Origin: an uncultured Actinomycetes bacterium
Lineage (GTDB): Bacteria; Actinomycetota; Actinomycetes; S36-B12; CAIYMF01
Direction of reading: 5' to 3'
Assembly: GCA_963843975.1 (NCBI GenBank)
Contig: CAWJMG010000001.1
Location: 360,001 to 392,000 of the forward strand
Length of the DNA: 32,000 nucleotides
The notes below the pieces were generated by a model. The model did not search any database, had not been told where the DNA came from, and saw only the letters and a list, made by a program, of their open reading frames with translations. How positions within the stretch are numbered: position 1 is the stretch's first letter; each line of letters starts with the position of its first letter. Position numbers and translations under genes: made by a program. Shown one piece after another: positions 21,195-31,391 of this stretch.

Positions 21195-22109
21195 GTGACG
21201 CAGCAGACCAGCGACTGGAACACCCTTGTCCCCGTGACGGGCGAAGCCGTCGCGCTGGACCTGCGACTGGCCCAGTTCCCGAGCCGCATGCTGGCCCTGG
21301 CCCTGGACCTCCTCATCCAGTTCGTGCTGCTGATCGTCGTGACGTTCCTTCTGGCCTCGACCTCGGCGGGCACCGACGGCGCCGCCGCGGCGGCGATCAC
21401 GATCGTGATGCTCGTCGCCGTCGTCGTCGGGCTGCCCACGCTCATCGAGACGCTGACGCGCGGCCGCTCGGTCGGCAAGCTCGCGTCAGGCCTGCGAGTC
21501 GTGCGCGACGACGGCGGGCCGGTGCGCTTCCGGCACTCGTTCGTGCGGGCGCTCTTCATGCTCGTGGACTTCTGGATCACGAGCGGCGCCGTGGGCCTGG
21601 TGTCGTCCATCGCCTCGCAGCGAGGCAAGCGGGTGGGCGACCACTTCGCGGGCACGGTCGTCATCCGCGAGCGGGTCCCCGCAGCCGCGATGTCGGTGCA
21701 GCACACGTACGTCATGCCGCCAGGGATGGAGCACTGGGCCGCGAGCGCCGACGTCACGCGGCTGCCCGACGTGACCGCGCTGCAGATGCGCCAGCTGCTG
21801 GCTCGCGCGGGCACGCTCGAGCCGAGCGTGCGCGACTCGTTCGGGCGCCAGCTCGCCGCGGAGGTCCAGAGCTACGTCGCGCCCCCGCCGCATCCGGGCG
21901 TCCACCCCGAGACCTACCTCGCCGCGGTCCTCACCCAGCGGATGCGCGTGAGCTCGGCCAACGCCGAGAAGGCCCGTCGGGCCGGCTCGCGGCCGATGCC
22001 GACCGCCACGCCTGTGACGTCGGCGCCCGTGGCCGCAGCCCCCGTCACCGTCACCGGGCCCACCGCTCCTGCGGCCGCCGACCCGGACGGGTTCGCCCCG
22101 CCTGGCTGA
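21195..22109 (+). CDS. RDD family membrane protein
   Basis: GTG 21195. The RDD-type N-terminus is VTGEAVALDLRLAQFPSRMLALALDLLIQFVLLIV ... GKLASGLRVVRDDG. The gene is divergent from the SpoIIM-like gene, with a 49-bp spacer. Confidence 0.7.
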   Translation: MTQQTSDWNTLVPVTGEAVALDLRLAQFPSRMLALALDLLIQFVLLIVVTFLLASTSAGTDGAAAAAITIVMLVAVVVGLPTLIETLTRGRSVGKLASGLRVVRDDGGPVRFRHSFVRALFMLVDFWITSGAVGLVSSIASQRGKRVGDHFAGTVVIRERVPAAAMSVQHTYVMPPGMEHWAASADVTRLPDVTALQMRQLLARAGTLEPSVRDSFGRQLAAEVQSYVAPPPHPGVHPETYLAAVLTQRMRVSSANAEKARRAGSRPMPTATPVTSAPVAAAPVTVTGPTAPAAADPDGFAPPG

Positions 22110-22152
22110 GCCCGTTTCGCCTGCCGCCGGATGCGCCGGTTACCGTGGTCGG

Positions 22153-22734
22153 GTGCTGCTCTCCACCCGCCTCGTCGCCGCTGCCGCGTCGGTCGCCCTG
22201 CTCGCCGGGCTGACCGCACCCGTCGCCACCGCCACCCCGGTGACGCCGTCGGCCGTGGTCCCGACCGGCCGCTACGCCCTCGGCGACTCGGTGATGCTCG
22301 GCGCACGCTCGGGCCTCACCGCGCGCGGCTTCCAGGTCAACGCGACCGAGAGCCGGCAGTTCAGCGCCGCCGTTCCGATCGTGAAGGCGAAGGCCAAGAA
22401 CGGCTCGCTGCCCCGCAACCTCGTCGTCGCGCTCGGGACCAATGGCTACATCGCCCTGTCGGACTGCAAGGCGATCGTCGCGGCCGCCGGCAGCACGCGC
22501 CGCGTGTTCCTGGTGACCAACCGGGTGCCGCGCGTCTGGCAGAAGGCGAACAACGACCGCATGCGCGCGTGCGACAGCTACTTCGCGTCCGGCCGCGTGG
22601 CGATCATCGACTGGTACGGCTACTCGGCCGGGCACTCGTCGTGGTTCTACTCCGACAAGTTCCACCTGAAGCCGACGGGCCAGTCGGCGTACGCGCGCTT
22701 CCTCGACGCCACGCTCGACGCCCTCGGCAAGTAG
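22153..22734 (+). CDS. secreted SGNH/GDSL-like hydrolase (stand-alone)
   Basis: It has a signal peptide (LLAGLTAPVATATPV) and SGNH blocks GDSV, GTNG and D-x-x-H (SDKFH). It is clearly homologous to the C-terminal domain of the adjacent acyltransferase. Confidence 0.7.
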   Translation: MLLSTRLVAAAASVALLAGLTAPVATATPVTPSAVVPTGRYALGDSVMLGARSGLTARGFQVNATESRQFSAAVPIVKAKAKNGSLPRNLVVALGTNGYIALSDCKAIVAAAGSTRRVFLVTNRVPRVWQKANNDRMRACDSYFASGRVAIIDWYGYSAGHSSWFYSDKFHLKPTGQSAYARFLDATLDALGK

Positions 22735-22759
22735 CCACCCCGACAGCTGGCGCCGTGGC

Positions 22760-24650
22760 TCAGCGGCGCATCACCGAGCGGAGCATGTTGGCGTACTGCT
22801 GGCTGCCCTCGCCCTTGGTGTGGATGCCGTCGGCATAGAACCAGTCGCGGTGCCCCTGGGCGAAGACCTGCCAGTCGGCCACGCGGACGTTGCCGCCGGC
22901 GAACTTCTTCGCCGCGATCTTGATCGTGTTGGTGGCCTGCGGGATCCACGAGCGGTCGGCCTTGGGCGTCACGAGGATGACGCGCGAGCGGTCCTTGAGC
23001 AGCGTGAGGGTGTCCATCAGCTGGCCGAGGTCGATCGTGCCGTTGGTACCCGTGTGGATCACCACGACGTCGCCGAGCTTGCCGGCCGCGCGGCGGTCCT
23101 TGATGCGCTGGAAGACCTCCCACGACTGCCGGCTGACGGCGGCGTCGACCTTGGACTTCGGGATGGTCGACACGACGGAGTCGCGCGCGGCGAGGAGCAC
23201 GGAGTCGCCGACGGCGGTGACGCTGAGGCCGTAGGCGTCCTGCCCGGCCTTCAGCACCGGAGGCCCCGGCGGCTTCGGCGGCTTGGTCGGCGCTCCGGTG
23301 CCCGTGGGCGAGACGGACGGCGTCGCCGCTGTCGCCGTGGGCGTGAGGTCCTCGTTGCCGACGCCCTCGACGCCGCCGAGCGCCTCCTCGAGCGTGGGCT
23401 CCTGCGCGTGCGCGAGGCCGAAGCCGAGCGCGACCACGACCGCGATCGAGGTGACCGCGGCGGTGGCGGCGCGGCCGGCGAACGCGAAGCCGCCGACCTC
23501 CTTCCACCGCGCCCACGCGCGACCGATGGCGCCGTGGCGGATGGGCGTCTCGACGAAGCGGTACGACAGCTCCGCGAGGACGAGGGTGAGGGTGAGCCGC
23601 AGCGCCTGCACACCGAGGCCGTCGGCGTCGAGGTCGGTGCCCGGCCGCAGCAGCATGAACACCGGCCAGTGCCACAGGTAGATGCCGTACGACCGCTCGC
23701 CGATCCAGCGCAGCGGCTGCCGCGACATCACGCCCGCGAAGGCGGACGCCGTCACCGCGGCGCTGGCCACGAACACCGCCGTGATCACGCCGATGACAAG
23801 GAAACCGCCGCGGTACAGCAGCGGGGAGTCGGAGGCTGACGAACCAGAAGATCGCGAACAGCGCCAGCAACGACGCGATGCCGGACGCCGTGACCGTGCG
23901 GATGCCGCGGCTCGTCAACGAGGCCGACAGCCGGCCCGGGCGCCACACGGTGGCCAGCACCGCGCCGACGAGCAGGGTCATCGCGTGCGTGTCGGAGCCG
24001 AAGTAGACACGGCTCGGGTCGGTCGTGGCCGGCATGCCCTGCGCGATCGAGATCCAGGCCATCGCCGCGGTCGAGACCAGGGCCCCGAGGATCGCGCCGA
24101 CCCTGACGCCGCGGGTGCGCCCGACCTTCCAGAGCAGCCAGCACAGCACCGGCCACACGAAGTAGAACTGCTCCTCCACCGCGAGGGACCACAGGTGCTG
24201 CAGCATCGGCGGGCGGCCCGTGGCCTCGAAGTACGACTGCCCGTGCAGCACGTACCACCAGTTGGTGGCGTAGAAGAACGCCGCGATCGCATCCTCCTTG
24301 ACCCGCTGGGCCGCGTCCTGCGCGATCGTCATCGCCGCGATCGACGTCGCCACCAGCACGAGGTACAGCGCCGGGAGCAGTCGCCGCGCTCGCCGGATGT
24401 AGAACCGCTTGAAGTCGACCTTGTCGCTCGCATCGAGCTCGGCCAGCAGCAGCGAGGTGATCAGGAAGCCCGACAGCGTGAAGAACACGTCGACGCCCAA
24501 GAACCCACCCGGCAGCCAGCTCTCGTCCATGTGGAACACCACGACGGCGAGCACCGCGATCGCACGCACCCCGTCCAGCCCGGGCATGTGCACCCACGCG
24601 GACGAACGGTGGCGCCCGGGTGCGGGCGCCGCCGGGGCGGAGTCGGTCAT
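22760..24650 (-). pseudogene. acyltransferase family 3 (OafA/YrhL-like) with C-terminal SGNH domain, interrupted by a 1-nt frameshift
   Basis: The N-terminal frame (24650 down to about 23838) gives the acyltransferase_3 TM domain (LDGVRAIAVLAVVVFH ... HLWSLAVEEQFY). The remainder is in the +1 frame (about 23836 down to 22760): DSPLLYRGGF ... ERSYGIYLWHWPVF ... GDSV ... GTNG ... DGIH. The total span is 1891 nt, which is 3n+1. The N-terminal frame stays open to 22647 but encodes Arg/Pro-rich nonsense. Confidence 0.8.
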
Positions 24651-24750
24651 GGGCGGTCCTGGGAAGGTCGTGAGCGGGTCTCCAGGGTACGACGACGGGC
24701 CGGTGCGCCCGACCAGGCGGAGGCCGCCGCGCCGGTCCTGCTCGGACGCC

Positions 24751-25520
24751 TCATGTGGCGAGCAGGATCCCGATCACGCCCCACGCGTTGTTGAACGCGT
24801 GGGCGATCACACTGGCTCCGACGCGGCCGGTGCGGGCACGCAGCAGCGAGAGCACGAGCCCGATCGTGAGCAGCACGCCGATGCGCACGGCCTCGAAGTG
24901 GATGAGGGCGAACAGCAGGGCGGAGAAGACCGTGGCGAGCGGCACGGCCGGCAGCCCGCGGGCGGCCGTCCAGCGGGCGATGGCGGCGAAGGCCAGGCCG
25001 CGGAAGGCGAGCTCCTCGAACAGCGGCGCCCCGACGAGCGCGGCGAGGCAGAAGGCGTAGACGACCCAGCGCGGGACGTCGGCGTTGACGACGGCGTCAC
25101 CCGCCGCGGAGCCGAAGTCGCCGGCGATCATCCGGGTGATCGTGGCGGCCACCGTGCCCAGCACGAGGCACGCGACACCGCCGCCGATGCCCCAGGCCAG
25201 GTCGATCGGTCGGAAGGTGAACCCGAGGTCGATACGGACGCCGTTGCCCTGCAGCTTCGTGGTGACCCACGGCCACAGACCGAAGCCGACCCAGGGCAGC
25301 ACGGCACTGCCGAGGAGCACCAGGGCGCCGTCCCTCGGGGCGCCGGCGGCGAGGACGCCGCCCAGCACGAGGACGGGGACGAGCAGGGCGAGCAGGAGCG
25401 AGATGGCGACGTCGGCCAGGCCCCAGCGCGAGCGGCGCAGCTCGACGCCCGCCGCCCGCGCCTCGGCATACGTGACAGGGGCGCCCGGATAGGGCGCCCC
25501 TGTCAGGTCGTTCAGCTCGC

Positions 25521-25524
<4 letters not shown>
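24751..25524 (-). CDS. CPBP family intramembrane glutamic endopeptidase (CAAX protease/Abi-like)
   Basis: It carries the motifs EELAFRG, FALIHF and HAFNN in a polytopic membrane protein. GTG 25524 is the longest plausible start, but it has a weak SD, so the true start is uncertain. Confidence 0.75.
25475..25503 (-). other. perfect 12-bp GC-rich hairpin (possible ahcY terminator or intercistronic structure)
   Basis: acaggggcgccc (25475-25486), loop ggata, gggcgcccctgt (25492-25503). It lies 47 nt downstream of the canonical ahcY stop and inside the annotated 5' end of the CPBP ORF. Confidence 0.4.
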
Positions 25525-26990
<1,466 letters not shown>

Positions 26991-27132
26991 GCGGGTGCTC
27001 CGGTTTCTACGCCCGAGGGACGGGCGGTACGCGGTGGGCGTCACGAGGCCTCGTTGGCTCACCGGTGCTCACGCGGGGGTAGTCACCGCAGGGCGATACC
27101 CATTGTGCCGCACGCACGCCGATCCGGCCAAA

Positions 27133-27146
27133 GTCCCTCTCGGGAC
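27133..27146 (-). terminator. weak hairpin after the CDF gene
   Basis: On the minus strand GUCCC-GAGA-GGGAC is followed by UUUGG, 11 nt after the CDF stop. The stem is only 5 bp. Confidence 0.25.
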
Positions 27147-27157
27147 GCTCACGACCT

Positions 27158-28078
27158 TCAGGACGAGGTGGTGCGGTCGAGGTCGGGCTCGAGGTAGATC
27201 CAGCGTGCCTCGGGGACGGCCGCTCGGATCCGGGCCTCGGCCGCGTTGATCGCGTCGGCAACGGACGCCGCGGTGTCGGTGCCCGTGACGCCGATCTTCG
27301 CCGCGACCATGACCTCGTCCGGCCCGGTGTGCAGCGTGCGCATGTGGATGATCCGCGTGACCGAGGGCTCGGACTCGAGCGCCTCGCGGATGGCCGCGGT
27401 CTGCTCGGGGACGGCGCTCTCGCCGACGAGCATCGAGCTCATCTCCAGCGCGAGGAACACCGCGATCACGAGCAGCAGCGCGCCGATCGCGAGCGCGCCG
27501 ATGCCGTCCCAGCGGCCGTCGCCGGTGACGGTCGCGAGGGTGACGCCGAAGAGCGCGAAGAGCAGACCGATGAGCGCGCCGGCATCCTCGAGGAGGATCA
27601 CGGGCAGCTCGGGCTGGCGGGCGTCGCGGACGAAGCGCCCGAGCGACTTGCTGCCGCGGCTCTTGTTCGCCTCCTTGACCGCCGTACGGAACGAGAAGCC
27701 CTCGAGCACGATCGCGATGCCGAGCACCACGAACGCAACCGCGGGGCTGGTGAGCTCCTCGGGCTCGCGGATCTTGTGCAAGCCCTCGTAGAGGCTGAAC
27801 AGCCCGCCGAGGCAGAAGAGCACGATCGACACGACGAACGCGTAGACGTAGCGGACGCGGCCGTAGCCGAACTGGTGCTGGTCGTCGGCCTCGCGCTGGG
27901 ATCGCCTGCCGCCGACGAGCAGCAGCACCTGGTTGCCGGAGTCGGCCACGGAGTGGATCGCCTCCGACAGCATCGAGCTCGATCCGGTGACGAAGAACGC
28001 GCCGAACTTCGTGATCGCGATGCCGGTGTTGGCGGCGAGTGCCGCGATCACCGCCTTGGTGCCGCCCTCGGTGCTCAC
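27158..28078 (-). CDS. cation diffusion facilitator (CDF) family metal efflux transporter
   Basis: 306 aa. It has six TM helices with the HSVADSGNQ metal-site motif in TM2 and a C-terminal cytoplasmic domain. GTG 28078 overlaps the SIS gene stop (GTGA). Confidence 0.88.
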   Translation of the reverse strand: MSTEGGTKAVIAALAANTGIAITKFGAFFVTGSSSMLSEAIHSVADSGNQVLLLVGGRRSQREADDQHQFGYGRVRYVYAFVVSIVLFCLGGLFSLYEGLHKIREPEELTSPAVAFVVLGIAIVLEGFSFRTAVKEANKSRGSKSLGRFVRDARQPELPVILLEDAGALIGLLFALFGVTLATVTGDGRWDGIGALAIGALLLVIAVFLALEMSSMLVGESAVPEQTAAIREALESEPSVTRIIHMRTLHTGPDEVMVAAKIGVTGTDTAASVADAINAAEARIRAAVPEARWIYLEPDLDRTTSS

Positions 28079-29205
28079 GAGATGCGCCCCTTCAGCTCGT
28101 TGATCGGGCCGATCGGCGACGGATCGATCCCGAGCGCGATGGCGGCGTAGACGCTCGACCAGTCGGCGAGGCCGGTGAGCGACGCGAGCCGCTCGACCAC
28201 GTGGCCGCTGCGCGCGGTGATGACGTGCACGGGGACGTCGCGGCGCTCGGCGATGTCGCGCGTGACCTCAGCGCGGCGCGCGTCCTGCGGGTGCTCGTCG
28301 GTGTCGCGCAGCAGGACGAGGCGAAGCCGGGCGGGGCCGGCGCCGTCCTCGACCGGGTCGCGGAAGATGTCGTCGCGCGCCGAGCCCGCGAACGGGCCGT
28401 CGAGCGCCACGACCTGGTTGTGGTTGGCCTCGGGGATCGCCCCGACCACCACGGGCAGCTTGGCGTTCTCGTTCAGCTGGCAGGCGAGGCGGTACGCCGC
28501 GAGGTCGCCGACGAAGCTCGTGCCCCACACCATCGGCAGCGAGCCTGCGACCGAGAAGCCGAGGAGCTTGGCCGGGTTGTCGGCCATCGGGACGGTGACG
28601 CCGCACTCCTCCGACACCGAGTCGAGAACGTCGGCCGCGCGCTCGAGCGCGGAGTCGGGCACGTCGGCCAGGCCGAGCGCGTGCGCGACGACGAGCAGCG
28701 GCGTGGCGAGCAGCCACAGGGACGCACGGGGCATGAGGTCGCCGGCGTCGACGGCGAGGAACACGCCCGACGTCGTCGAGCGCACGGTCTCCTCGAGCGG
28801 GCTCCCCGCCGAGCCGACACCCACCACGCGCGAGCCGCGCTTCACGGCCTCGGCCGCGACGTTGAGCGTCTCCTCGGTCGTGCCGGAGCACGACACCGCG
28901 ATGACGAGGTCGAGCGGGCCGACCCAGCCGGGCAGCGTGTAGTCGCGGATGGTCGTGACGAGCACGGGGCAGCCGGTGCCGCAGGCCGCGGCGAGGACGT
29001 CGCCGCTGATGCCCGAGCCGCCCATGCCCACCACGACGACCGCGCGCGGGCGCCCGTCGTCGGCGATGCGGCGTACGGCGTCGCGGTCGATGCAGGAGAG
29101 GGCGCGGCGCACCTGGGCGCCTGCGTCACCGGTGGCCCGGAGCATCTGGCCCGGGTCGGCGGCGAGCAGCGCCTCCAGGTCGTCGAGCACCTGGTCGTCG
29201 GGCAT
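28075..29205 (-). CDS. SIS domain protein, bifunctional glucose-6-P/mannose-6-P isomerase-like
   Basis: 376 aa from ATG 29205. It has the SIS phosphosugar-binding motif VVVVGMGGSGISGDVLAA and a second SIS-like half. It holds the position of Rv3256c next to pmm, from recollection. Confidence 0.75.
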   Translation of the reverse strand: MPDDQVLDDLEALLAADPGQMLRATGDAGAQVRRALSCIDRDAVRRIADDGRPRAVVVVGMGGSGISGDVLAAACGTGCPVLVTTIRDYTLPGWVGPLDLVIAVSCSGTTEETLNVAAEAVKRGSRVVGVGSAGSPLEETVRSTTSGVFLAVDAGDLMPRASLWLLATPLLVVAHALGLADVPDSALERAADVLDSVSEECGVTVPMADNPAKLLGFSVAGSLPMVWGTSFVGDLAAYRLACQLNENAKLPVVVGAIPEANHNQVVALDGPFAGSARDDIFRDPVEDGAGPARLRLVLLRDTDEHPQDARRAEVTRDIAERRDVPVHVITARSGHVVERLASLTGLADWSSVYAAIALGIDPSPIGPINELKGRIS

Positions 29206-29222
29206 GCCGGCCGGCACGGTCC

Positions 29223-29435
29223 TCACTCCTGGTCGCCGGAGATCGCGTTGCCGATCCCGTGCGGCCCCGGGGTGGCGTCGTCGAGCAGCATCACGGGGAT
29301 GCCGTCGCGCACGGGGAAGGAGGTGCGGCAGCGGGTGCACACCAGAGCGGTCGCGGGCTCGCCGTCGACCTCGACGGGGGCGTGGTGCTCGCACGGGCAG
29401 GCGAGCACCTCCAGCAGCAGCGGGTCGAGGCTCAT
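29223..29435 (-). CDS. Trm112 family protein
   Basis: 70 aa: LLEVLACPCEHH ... LVCTRCRTSFPVRDGIPVMLLDDA. ATG 29435 overlaps the pmm stop (ATGA). Confidence 0.8.
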   Translation of the reverse strand: MSLDPLLLEVLACPCEHHAPVEVDGEPATALVCTRCRTSFPVRDGIPVMLLDDATPGPHGIGNAISGDQE

Positions 29436-30835
29436 GCGGTTCCCCCACGGATGATGGCGAGCGCTTCGTCGCGGACCGACTCCATGAGTGCGGTGTCCTT
29501 TCCTTCGGCGTTCAGGCGCAGCAACGGCTCGGTGTTGCTCGGGCGCACGTTGAACCACCAGCCGTCACCGGAGACGGTGAGGCCGTCGAGCTCGTCGAGC
29601 GTGACGCCCTCGCGGGCGCCGTACTCGGCCTTGATCTGGGCGACGACCGCTGCCTGGTCGGCGACGGTGGTGTTGATCTCCCCCGACGCCGAGTAGCGGC
29701 TGTACTGCGCGAGCAGGCTCGAGAGCGTGGTTCCCTCGGGCGTCTCGCCCAGCGCGGCCAGCGTGTGCAGCGCGGCCAGCATGCCGGAGTCGGCGCGCCA
29801 GAAGTCGCGGAAGTAGAAGTGGCCCGAGTGCTCGCCGCCGAAGACCGCGCCGGTCTCGGCCATGCGCGCCTTGATGAACGAGTGGCCCACGCGGGTGCGC
29901 TCGGGGATGCCGCCGTGCTCGAGGACGATCTCCGGCACCGCGGCGCTCGTGATCAGGTTGTGGATGATCACCGAGCCCGGGTGCTTGCCGAGCTCGCGGA
30001 CGGCGATCAGCGCGGTGAGCGTCGAGGGGTCGACGATGTCGCCCTTCTCGTCCACCACGAAGCAGCGGTCGGCGTCGCCGTCGAAGGCGAGGCCGAGGTC
30101 GGCGCCCGTCTGGACCACCTTCGCCTGCAGGTCGCGCAGGTTCTCGGGGTCGATCGGGTTGGCCTCGTGGTTGGGGAACGTGCCGTCGAGCTCGAAGAAG
30201 AGCGGCGTGATCGTGAGCGGCAGGCCGGACAGCACGGCGGGCACGGTGTGGCCGCCCATGCCGTTGCCGGCGTCGACGACGACATCGAGATGGCGGCTGG
30301 CGCCCAGCGGCACGAGGGCGTTGAGGAAGGCCGCGTAGTCGGTGAGCACGTCGCGCTCGGTCACGGTGCCGGGCGGGCCGTCGACGACGGGGATGCCGGT
30401 GCCCGACCACTCGAGGACGAGCGCCTTGATCTCGCGCAGGCCGGTGTCCTGGCCCACGGGCGAGGCGCCGATGCGGCAGAGCTTGATGCCGTTGTACTGC
30501 GCGGGGTTGTGGCTCGCGGTGAACATCGCGCCCGGGAGCCCGAGGGACCCGGCGGCGTAGTACAGCTGGTCGGTCGAGGCGAGGCCGATGAGCACGACGT
30601 CGACCCCCTGGGACGTCACACCCTCGGCGAACGCGGCCACGAGCTCGGGGCCGGACGGGCGCATGTCGCGGCCGACCACCACCGTGCCGGGGCCGCCGTC
30701 GGCCGTGGCGACGCCCAGCACGCGCACGAAGGCAGCGCCGACGAGGCGGGCGATCTCGGGGCTCAGGTCGTCGGGGACGACGCCGCGCACGTCATACGCC
30801 TTGATGAGGCGGTCGAGGAGTTCGGCGTCCAGCAC
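29432..30835 (-). CDS. manB: phosphomannomutase/phosphoglucomutase
   Basis: 467 aa. The phosphoserine loop is TASHNPAQYNGIK, the Mg site is FDGDADR and the sugar-binding loop is GGEHSGH. Confidence 0.9.
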   Translation of the reverse strand: MLDAELLDRLIKAYDVRGVVPDDLSPEIARLVGAAFVRVLGVATADGGPGTVVVGRDMRPSGPELVAAFAEGVTSQGVDVVLIGLASTDQLYYAAGSLGLPGAMFTASHNPAQYNGIKLCRIGASPVGQDTGLREIKALVLEWSGTGIPVVDGPPGTVTERDVLTDYAAFLNALVPLGASRHLDVVVDAGNGMGGHTVPAVLSGLPLTITPLFFELDGTFPNHEANPIDPENLRDLQAKVVQTGADLGLAFDGDADRCFVVDEKGDIVDPSTLTALIAVRELGKHPGSVIIHNLITSAAVPEIVLEHGGIPERTRVGHSFIKARMAETGAVFGGEHSGHFYFRDFWRADSGMLAALHTLAALGETPEGTTLSSLLAQYSRYSASGEINTTVADQAAVVAQIKAEYGAREGVTLDELDGLTVSGDGWWFNVRPSNTEPLLRLNAEGKDTALMESVRDEALAIIRGGTA

Positions 30836-30910
30836 GGATGTGACCCTACACAGCGAGAAGGCCGGGACCGGCCCCCTCGAGGGTGGGCTCGGCCACCCCG
30901 GGGCGGAAGG

Positions 30911-31156
30911 TCAGGTGTTCTTGCGGGCGCGGGAGAGCACGTGCTCGACCGAGAGGACCTCGTCTCCCTGCTGCCAGGTGCGGTTCTCGCACTCGAGGCA
31001 GTGGGTGAAGTCGACCTGCGAGCCGTCGGTGAGCTCCATCGAGATGCGCGTGACGCGCTCGGAGTCGCAGATGCGGCAGTAGGCTCCGGTGCGGGCACCG
31101 CGCTGGGTCAGCGAACCGAGGTGTGCGGGCTCGGCGGACTGTGTGCTTCGGGCCAT
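30911..31156 (-). CDS. small zinc-ribbon protein (two CxxC pairs), function unknown
   Basis: 81 aa with CRIC ... CLEC. GC3 is high from about codon 25 on. ATG 31156 is preceded by GGAGGA with a 5-nt spacer. Confidence 0.6.
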   Translation of the reverse strand: MARSTQSAEPAHLGSLTQRGARTGAYCRICDSERVTRISMELTDGSQVDFTHCLECENRTWQQGDEVLSVEHVLSRARKNT

Positions 31157-31310
31157 GGAGGTCCTCCCCCATCCCTTCGAGAGTGCGGTCCCCGGTCATG
31201 TGCGGACGGCGCCCCACGCGCCGACGGCCGTCCCGCCCGACGTGCCGGGTGGGTGACCGCGCTCCGGACCTTACGGGTGGTGAGAGGCCTTGGGAAGCGT
31301 CGCATGGGGT

Positions 31311-31390
31311 CAACAGTGATTATTGCGTCAGATGTTACCTGTGTGACTACTTCTCGAAACTGTTACATTACATAGCGTGAGATTCTGCTG
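31311..31390 (-). promoter_or_regulatory. AT-rich island, putative promoter/regulator-binding region for the Zn-ribbon gene (and possibly pmm operon)
   Basis: By hand count 33 of 80 bases are G or C (about 41%), in an otherwise very GC-rich window. TGTTAC occurs twice (31333-31338, 31361-31366). AACAGT (31312) and ACTGTT (31359) form an inverted pair. The island lies about 155-235 nt upstream of ATG 31156. Confidence 0.4.
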
Positions 31391-31391
31391 A

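Noticed and set aside
22647-22759. 3' extension of the acyltransferase N-terminal frame across the SGNH gene end
   Set aside because: It results from reading the wrong frame after the frameshift near 23837. It overlaps the convergent SGNH gene, and its translation is nonsense.
26991-27062. 24-codon N-terminal extension of the ahcY ORF (start at 27062)
   Set aside because: The family N-terminus begins at [11 protein letters not shown] (ATG 26990), with GGAG 8 nt upstream. The extension is Arg-rich with poor codon usage.
26991-27157. Possible SAH riboswitch or other riboswitch in the ahcY 5' leader
   Set aside because: I could not find the conserved SAH-element core as I remember it (the GAGGAGCG ... 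AGGCUCGG ... AACGGCGCUCAC style pseudoknot). Only short palindromes are present (ACGAGGCCTCGT, GCCCG-N5-CGGGC). A sigma70-like TTGGCC-N18-CACAAT promoter is possible but weak. A cmsearch would be needed to settle this.
31368-31380. TTACATAGCGTGA fits the loose BldD-box pattern TNAC-N5-GTNA
   Set aside because: Only 6 positions are specified, so several chance matches are expected in 32 kb. It is also unknown whether this organism encodes BldD. I keep it only as part of the AT-rich island observation.
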